Shown here piece by piece: positions 55,530 to 64,000 of a stretch of DNA of 64,000 nt. A program made the position numbers and the translations under genes. The DNA is taken from positions 4,092,001 to 4,156,000 of the forward strand of contig OZ218953.1 of assembly GCA_965112735.1 (NCBI GenBank), read 5' to 3'. Under the pieces are notes generated by a model that ran no database searches, was not told where the DNA came from, and saw nothing but the letters and a program-made list of their open reading frames with translations. Origin of the DNA: Phaeosaccion multiseriatum. Taxonomy: Eukaryota > Protista > Ochrophyta, other classes. Each line of letters starts with the position of its first letter. Position 1 is the stretch's first letter.

Positions 55530-58500
55530 GGAGAAGCACGTACCGTCGAGGATGGCGGGGACCTCGTCCCTTGTGTACAAGTTGGGTACCTCCCCACTCT
55601 GTAGCACGTTGTTGACGTCCTCCAGGAAGCTCTCCTCCTTGATCTACGCGTCGTGGTCATACGAGCAGTTCACAGGTTGTCGACGAACCATAGATAGGAT
55701 GGGGGAAGGTAGGGAGAAGGGTGTGAGGCGATGTGAAAATGAGCCATCCACTGCCATCCATGGGTCTTCCGTCCGCCCCCCCTCACCCCACTCAGAATCA
55801 CCCACACACTGACTTGCTAGCCACCCATTGGATTTGCTGGTACCCACTCACTCACCTGGTTGTCGTTGAAGAGGAAGGTGACGGGCTTGCCCTGCACCCC
55901 GGCCTTGTCAAAGAGCACCTTTAGATCCTCCCGAAACTCAATGAGGCGATAGTTCTTGGTAATCTCAATGCTGAACAACTCGTAGCCCTTGATGAAGGTG
56001 GCGAGGCGGGTCAGACTCTGCCTTCCCGAGCCGCCCACTCCAACGAGCAAGAGGTTGCCCCTCTGTAGCGACAAGACGCGATGGATGCGTGCCACATGCA
56101 TGGCCGCATCTTTGAACAGCACCAAGTGCATGCTCACTAACTTGGGCTCCATGTTGTAGTCCTCCAGCCGCTCGTCCAGACTGATGCGAAGCTTCCTGGA
56201 GCCCGGCTGCTCCTCATACGGATCGTCGGCTGTGCCAGTGGGACCCGTGCAGCTCGTAAAGAGGCTGCCACTCTCTTCATCGTCGCAGTACTCCCCGTGT
56301 AAGGTACCCCAGTCGGTGTCGAACACGGCCTTCATCTGATCGTCCAGCAAGCTTCTGAAACGGCCGTGATCGTCGCTCTCGTCGGCTACGAAGCGATCTG
56401 CAAACACCCTTTGGGCCTCGTGTGCCCACAGACGGATGAGGCATTCAACCGTGTCTACGTTGGCAGGATCGGCTTGGAGGAGACCCTCCACCACCTTCAT
56501 ATAGGGGGGAGGAGAGAGAGGAGGGGAGAGGAGGGAAGAGGAGGGGAGGGAAGGGGAGAGAAGAAGAGGGGAGAGGTGGGGAGAGGACAGGAGGGGGGGG
56601 GGGGGGGAGGAGGGGAGGGGAGGGGAGGGGAGGGAAGAAGAGGGGAGAGGTGGGGAGAGGAAAGGAGAGGAGGGGAGGGGAGGGGAGGGGAAGGAGGGGA
56701 GGGGAGGAGGAGGGGAGAGGAGGGGACGGAAGGGGAGGAGGGACAGGGGGGTGGAGTGAATGAAGTGCACACACACACGCGCACACCCACACACCCACAC
56801 ACCCACCTTGGCCACATCGCGAAGATTGAAGAGGTAGTGCGACTTAACAGGCGTGGGCAGGAAGCACTCCAGCGATGCCTTGTACACCCCTAGGGTAGCT
56901 GTGGCCAGCTTGGTGCCCATTTGCTTTAACTCATTGTCAAAGTCGGCAAGCTTGGGGGTGAGGATCGAGTCGAAAATCTTGACGGCTTGACTGTCTGAGG
57001 GGAAGGTGAGGTTGAGGAGGTTGAAGCGTGCCTGGGTTCGAGCCGAGATGACCGCCCTTGCCCCACCAGGGGGAGCCATGGCACAGATGAGCTGCGTGTC
57101 GAGGATGAAACGCCAAGAGCACTTGATTCGGTCGTACCAGCCGCCGTAGTCCATCCAGAAGCGAAGGAGCTCCAGAGGAGGTTGGAAGGGAGATTCGGCG
57201 TTGGACCGTCGCGGCATGTTGAAGTCGTCGATGAACATGACCAGCTGCTTGCCTCCGGAGGGGCCTTGGTGTGGGTGTGGGTGTGGGTGTGGGTGTTTGT
57301 GTTGAGTGCGTCAGTGGGTGAAGGGGGATTTGGAGGGTCGGTGGGGCACAGGGGAGCAGGAAGGGATCGCACCATGTCCGTACGTTAAGGGGGGGGGGGG
57401 GTGGTTTTCTGTCCTGACACCACCCACCCACCCACCCAGGTAGCCAGCCAGCTAGTCAATCCACTGCCCTCTCCATCGACCCATCCACTGCCATCCTACC
57501 CCACCTACCGAGCTTGTCCTTGCTCCTCTTCTCCATGGCCGCCTCCACCATCAGTTGAGTGGTGCCGGAGTCCGTCGTGGCGCTAAAGTTAATCACAAGC
57601 TTGCTGTGTGTCTCCGGCAAGGCGGCGAGTTCTCCAAAGGCAAGCACCGTCTTGCCTGTTCCGCTGCCGCCCACTACCAGGGCGTCGTGCTTGCAAGTCC
57701 ACAAGGCGCGGAGGACAGAGGAGTTGCGTACGGTATCCACGGTGGGGACGATCATCTCGTGGAATGCCATTCCGCGGCGGTAGAGGAAGCGAGGCACCTG
57801 TGGATGTGGTGTGGTGTGGTGTGTGTGGGGGGGGTATGGGGTATGGGGTATGGGGTATGGGGTATGGGGTATGGGGGAGAGGGTTGTAGGCTTGCAACGA
57901 TCAGACCCTTCACGTCTTGTGATCCACGCAAAACCGCACCGCACCGAAAACACACAAACACACACATGTGCACATGCACGCGCACACACACAAACACACC
58001 ATACATACACACACGCACCCACCCTCCCTCCCTGACCTTGGTCTCCCACAGCAGCCAGTTGCGACTCTTGTTGTCCACAAAGTAGTCATAGACAGTGCCT
58101 GAGGGCGGGAACATGGTCTCCAAGTCCCTCAGGAAGCCGTCTAAGGCCCCCCTCCCGGCCTCGTCCACAGCCGCCATGACACTCCACACAAGAGAGAAAA
58201 CAAACCACTTCTCCGCGAGCTGTGCATAGCCTTCTGCCGAGGGGTCCAGCCCCCCTCCCTCTGCGAAAGCATCCTTCCCTTCCCCTCCTCCTCCTCCTCC
58301 TCCTCCTGTCTTCTTGACAACTGCACCGCCTCCTCCTGTTGCGCCTCCTCCTCCCTTGTCTCCCCCCTCCCCCTTATCTCCTCCATCCCCCCCGTCCCCG
58401 TCTCCTCCGCTGCCATCCTTTCCACCATCCCCCCCCCCACCGGAGGAGTCCTTCCCCCCTCCCCCCCCATCCTTGCCACCCCCCTTACCCCCCCCCCCCT

Positions 58501-61500
58501 CCTCCTCCTCCTCCTCCTCCTCCTTCCGCCGCCGAGCCATTGTGACTGGCCGTGAGACTGTCGTACAAGCGAGTCAAACTCGACACGGCGTTAAAGTCGG
58601 AGATGGGTACCGGCTCCGTACACAACGCACTCGAGGCCTTGAAGCGGAGCACGGGCACGACGTACTTGTCGAACCATTCGTGGTGCATGGCTTTGTGCTT
58701 CTCCGCCGCCTCTCCGTCACCGAACCTGAGTGAGTAGGGTGATAGTAAGTCAATTGGTGGGTGGATAGATAGGGGTGGTGTGTGCGTGCGCGTGTGTGTT
58801 TGTGGGTGGGTGGGTGGGTGCGCAAGTGTGTGTATGCGTGTCTGTGAGAGCGTGTGTGTGTGTGTGGCCTCTCCTCTCCCTCTCCTCCCCCCCCACCTCA
58901 ACATCCCCCCCCCCCCCCCTTCCCCCCTCCTTACCTGCGATGCAACCAGCTCTCCACAAAGGGCCTCCACCCCAATTCTGTAACGTCCATGTACACCATC
59001 CCGGCCCTTGAAACCGTCGCAGGACTCGCCACAGCAAGGTCCTCAACTTCAAACAAGAGACTCATGGAGTTGGTGAGGGGGATGCGGTCTCCATTGATGA
59101 GGGTCAAAATCTTATTGTCATCCTGTGAGGGGTTGGGTTGGGGTGGGGTGAGGATGGGCGTGCTGAGTCGGGTTGCAGTCTCTGCCTATCCTTCTCCCTC
59201 GCCCTCCCATTACTAACAATGCACTACTTACAAAGCAGCAATACTCCAAGTAAGCACTCATGACCACACCCACCACCCCTTCCTCCCTCCCTCCCTCCCT
59301 CCCTCCCCTCCTCTCCCCCCCTCCCTCCCTCCCTCACCATGACTGAGTTCATGCTCTCGATCCACATGGCGTCCACAGGCCCGTCAAACAAGATCCACTT
59401 GTCCTCAGGTTTGTCGGACTCCGCCTGCTGCTTAAAGATGGTCGACAAGATGCCATCCGCCCACTCGAAAGTGGCAAGGTCATAGGCTCCGTACAGCTCG
59501 TTGAGGGTGATGCTCTTGGGGTTAATGACATAGGGGACGGCGGGTTTGAACTCCTCCTTACCGGCTCTCGACAAGGCTCCCTTGGCGTCTGCGAGGGTGT
59601 GCCAAGCGACACTCTTGCCGGACATACTCTCGCCCACCTGGGGTTGTTGATTGGGTTGATTGGGTTGAGGGGCGGGGGATTGAGAGTGAGTGCAAGGGGT
59701 GAAGGTGTGTGGGTGTGTGCGGGTGTGTGTGGGTGTGTGTGTGGGTGGGTGTTGTGGGTGCGCACATGTGTGGCGGGCGTTTGTGTGTGGTTCGCGCTCG
59801 TGTGGCATCTTCTGCCCCCCCCCCCCCCCCCCCCTCCCATCCCTTTTTCTCCCCTCCCCCCCTCTTCCATCCCTTCCCCTCCTCCCCCCTCCCCTCTCCT
59901 CCCCTCCCCTCCCCTCCCCGCCCACTTGCACTCACTCACCAGCATGTTACAGTGTCGAGTCAACATGGAATCATAGAGCTGAATAATCTTCATCATGAGG
60001 AAGGGATGCAGCCTCAACTTCTTTGCCGACAGGGCATCCTCAATCGCCGTCTGCAGCGCCCCATACTCACTGACGGGCAGCTCCAACGAAGGGAAGAGGT
60101 CCCCGAGCAACAGCCGGAAGAGCCTCTCGTCGTCCTTGATAAACTTGGGAAGGTTCATGTCTCGCAACGCACGCATGAGGATCGCTTCTTCGTTCATCTC
60201 TGGGTCGGCACGCTTCAGAGCTCCAGCCATGTTCAGCACAGCCTATTTAGAGAGAGAGAGAGTGTGTGTGAGAGAGTGAGCGTGAGCGTGAAAGTGAGAG
60301 TGAATGTGATAACATCAGAGGGCCTCCTCCCTCAACCTGCTTGCCCCACTCACCCACCCATCCACCCACCCACCTACCCACCCTCTGTCCTGACACCACC
60401 CACCCACCCACCCAAGCACCCACCCACCCTCCCACCCTCACCTGACACCACCCACCCGTCCACCCACCCTCCCACCCACCCATTGACATACTCCCCACCA
60501 ACCCATTGACGTACTACCCACCCACCTTGAGGTTCCTTAATCCGTAGTCGTAGTGGTCTTGCTTGGAGAGCTGCTGCGTCATGAGGCTGTAAAGCGTAAC
60601 CGTCTTCTTGGCCAGCACCCTCGCCTCTCTAAAGCCCTCTGCGGCGAGCATGACCTCTGCGATCATGGCCAGGTCCGGCACCATCATCGCCACGGGGCGC
60701 ATCAGGGCCTTGAGGTTGTCCGGCAGCTCCGTACGGCCTGTGAGGGTAGAGAGAGAGAGGGAGAGAGTAGGTTGTGGGTGCGTGTGCGTGTGTATCCCTT
60801 CCTGCCCCTTCCTTTCTCTCCATGTAGGACACGTTTGTATCTACCCCACCCCGCTTAGCGTTTGACGTTAACCCCCATTATTCTTTAACGTTAACCCCCA
60901 CTACTCACTAACGTTTAACCCCCATCCACTACTCTTTAACCTTAACCCTACCTGCGTATCCCGGGTTCATGGTGATGAAGATGCCGCAGTTCGGGTTGCA
61001 CTTAATCTCCACACCCATGAACGTGAAGTTGCGCTGGTGGGAGGACAGCGCGTTGACGATGCTCAGCACTTGCATCGCCACCACAGAAATCACCTGTAGG
61101 GGGGTGGAGTAGACAAAGGCATATGGGGAGGGGGTTCTGGTGTGAGAGACAGACGGCTCACGCACACACCCACGCGTATGGGGGGGGGGGAGAGACACGT
61201 CCCACGCACACACCCATCCACCCACGCCAACCCACCCACCCACCCATTGACTTATGCACCCACCTCAATCTTGATGCGGTTGAACTCGTCGAAGCATCCC
61301 CAAGAACCGCTTTGGACGAGTCCGCTGAAGACCCTCCCCACACTCTTGTAGTCCATGCCATCGGAGCAGTTGATCACCACCACATACTTGGCCAGGTTCT
61401 TGCCCAAGTCTTTGACCGTCTCTGTCTTGCCCGTACCCGCAGGGCCCAGAGGGTTTCCGCCTCGAAATAGGTACATGGCGGTGATGAGTGTCAGGACGCA

Positions 61501-62273
61501 GCGGTCCGTCAAAGGGGTGACGACGAGGCGGCCGTTGTTTCCCTGGTACTCGTATGAGTACTCTAGGGCACAGTTGGTTTGGCGAACTCCACACATGCCG
61601 TGAGGGCCCTCGTCTCTACTGAAGATGAAGCGGAGCTGACTGAGCCAATCAAAGTCTTGCACTGAAGCGCAGCCCGCCTGGTTGTTGGGTGGGTGGGAGG
61701 AGAGGGGAGGGGAGAGGGGAGGGAGGGAGGGAGGGAGGGAGGGAGGGAGGGAGGGAGGGAGGGAGGGAGGGAGGGAGGGGAGGGAGGGAGGGAGGGAGGA
61801 GGGAAGGAGCAAAGTAAGGGAAACGAGCGTATGCTTCAAGTTCAGTGCACCGCTGCTCCATCCTCACAACGTGGTGAAAAGGGCTCTCACCCTCCCTCCT
61901 CCCCTCACCCACCCACACACGCACCCACCCACCTACGCACGCGCACCCACACACCCACGCCCCCATACGCCTCCGCCCACCCACTGACTTACTAACCTTG
62001 ATCATCCTCTCCATGACGTCACGATTGTGAATCTCCATGGTGATGAGCGACACCACCTTGTTCCTCTCGATGCGCGTGAGCTGCCCTCGGACCATGTCGC
62101 TGAGCTTGTTGAGGTGCCCGACTTGCTTCTTCTTCAGCGTCTTAAGGGCGCCCTTGTTACCTGACAGGGCCAGGGAGGAAAGTGAGTGAGTGCGTGAGAG
62201 AGATAGTAGCAAATGCCACCGGGTTTCCTTTGACCGTTTTCAGTTTCAGTTTCTTACGATGGCAGACAGACAG

Positions 62274-62304
<31 letters not shown>

Positions 62305-64000
62305 TACAGACATACATACATGCATACATACACACATACATACATACATACATACATACATACATACATACATACATACATACATACATACATACATACA
62401 TACATACATACATACATACATACATACATACATACATACATACATACATACATACATACATACATACATACATACATACATACATACATACATACATACA
62501 TACATACATACATACATACAGACAGACAGACACCAATGGTATGTTTCGTCAAGCAAGAGGTCGATATATAATACATAGGTTCGATATCGATATCGATTGA
62601 ATACCTGCGGAGATGGCGGTGAGTGCCTTGCCGCAGTCTGCGGTCCAGCTCACTGCACCAGTCGTGATGAGGAGCTGCCCCTGATAGGCCTTGGCCCACG
62701 CCTCCTTCTTGCCGCGGTAGGCCTGTAGGTAGGTAGGTAGCGGCAGAACGAGGGAAGGAGGGTGAGGTGCATGAATAGGGGATGGGAGAGGGAAGGAGGA
62801 GACGGGTGAGGTGTTAGGGGGGGTAGGGACCAACCCACGCCCGCACGCACGCACGCATGCACACATCCACCCACTCACCCACCCACACCTACGCCCGCAC
62901 CCACCCACATCAACACACCTGCAAACTCGAGGCGAGCTGTTTCTGTAACGCCTGCTGCATGGCCCCCTCGAGCTGCGCTAGCCACTGCTCCACAGGCCCG
63001 TCGATGACCAGATGGTTGACAAGGTCCAGGGTCTCCCCGTCGGGGCTGGTGAGCTGCGTGACCTCCCACTGCTTGTTGAGCTGCTTGCCTGGGGGCAGCA
63101 GGTGGAAGGCCTGTGGTGTCGTGTGGACATACACACATACATAAGAGAGCGTAAGGGGTACGTAAGGGGTAGGTGCGAGCTGAAACTGGACTACACCTTA
63201 TCATCTCATGCACCCCCCGCCGCTCCGCCCCCTGCCCTGCCCTTCCCTCCCCTCCCCTTACCTTGATGCCCTCGAAGCACTTCTTAAGATGCTTCTGCAC
63301 GGCCTCCGGGTTGCGACTCTGCCCCAAAATCTCGAGCAAATCATCATCCGACACAAAGTAGAAGCGTGGGAAAAGCATCCGCTTGGTCTCTAGGTACTGA
63401 TCCAAAGACTTTTGGATCTGCTCCAGGCGCTCATCCATGGAGGCGACATGGTCAAGCATGTCTGGGTTGGTGCAGCAGGCTCGACGCGCGTTAGGGTCGG
63501 CGTTAATGTCCACGAGGATGTCGGCGAACTCCGTATTCACTGTGTGTGTTGTGAGTGTCGTTGGTGGTGTTTGGGATACACGTTTTGGGGAAGGGAAGAG
63601 TGTTGGTGGCTGGTTGGCTACGTGAATAGCAGGTAGGTAGGTAGGTAGGTAGGTAGGTAGGTAGAGGCCTCGTGTCTGCTTCTTCCTTCCGCGCCGGGCC
63701 TACGTCGAGCAAAAGGAATCATACAGCCCTCACTTCAACTTCCACACACCTGTGTTGAACATGGCGCTCTCTGCAGGCAGCTGCTTGCAAATGTCCTCGC
63801 TGGCCATGAAGATACTCTCGAGGTACATCCACTTGCGCTGCACGGTCAGCACCATGTCGACCACCTGTGGCGTACAACATATCACCAACATGGCAACGCA
63901 GTCACAGTGGACAGGTAGGTAGGTAGGTAGGGAGGTAGGGAGGTGGGTAGGTAGGTAGATGAGGAGGGATTTCACGATAAGCAAAGCATAAGGAAGCAAA
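48329..64000 (-). CDS. DNAH2: Axonemal dynein heavy chain, DNAH2 / inner arm I1-beta type; 5' part lies outside the window
   Basis: [39 protein letters not shown]1 GPAGTGKT and CFDEFNR, AAA2 [11 protein letters not shown]3 [11 protein letters not shown]4 GVGGSGRQS, stalk, and C-terminal [28 protein letters not shown]. Subtype assigned from the C-terminal signature. Confidence 0.92.
52235..52382. repeat. (CA)n microsatellite in a dynein intron
   Basis: Direct reading. Confidence 0.9.
53788..54148. repeat. (CAGT)n microsatellite in a dynein intron
   Basis: Direct reading. Confidence 0.9.
54782..55530. repeat. G/A-rich minisatellite (~50-60 bp units) plus (GA)n filling a dynein intron
   Basis: Repeated gaggggggg..ggtgaagagagagggggggaggggatggacagatgga. 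Confidence 0.9.
61700..61808. repeat. (GGGA)n microsatellite in a dynein intron
   Basis: Direct reading. Confidence 0.9.
62263..62530. repeat. (CAGA)n/(TACA)n compound microsatellite in a dynein intron
   Basis: Direct reading. Confidence 0.92.

Noticed and set aside
60865-60950. TTAACCC-like repeats as interstitial telomere
   Set aside because: Few, degenerate copies inside a dynein intron.

Overview
Eukaryotic, intron-rich, GC-rich genomic DNA. It is most likely from a flagellated photosynthetic stramenopile (ochrophyte). This is inferred from signal-peptide+'F' bipartite plastid presequences and an axonemal dynein. Recognisable genes from left to right are a BioD-like/DRTGG protein (+), phosphomannomutase (-), a PAP/fibrillin protein (+), a plastid phosphate translocator (-), a PsbQ-like lumen protein (+), UTP10/HEATR1 (+) and a 5'-truncated DNAH2-type dynein heavy chain (-). 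The most unusual element is a minus-strand gene that I spliced by hand from about 18089 to beyond position 1, with 10 exons and all GT-AG introns phase-consistent. It encodes a >1,500-aa fusion of a degenerate OTU-like domain, a class II (CCA/poly(A)-polymerase-type) nucleotidyltransferase with an altered templating motif, a GIY-YIG-like nuclease, an ARID-like segment, three tandem ~45-aa repeats and a Cys/His-rich WRKY/FLYWCH-like region. One of its introns is a 12.6-kb hierarchical CT/GT satellite whose ends are homologous to a neighbouring 78-bp intron. Other points of interest are a TA-flanked MITE in a PMM intron with a relic copy nearby, an orphan Arp3-like fragment and a structured ncRNA candidate with a telomere-template-like motif. 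All domain calls come from motif recognition by eye; no database searches were run.
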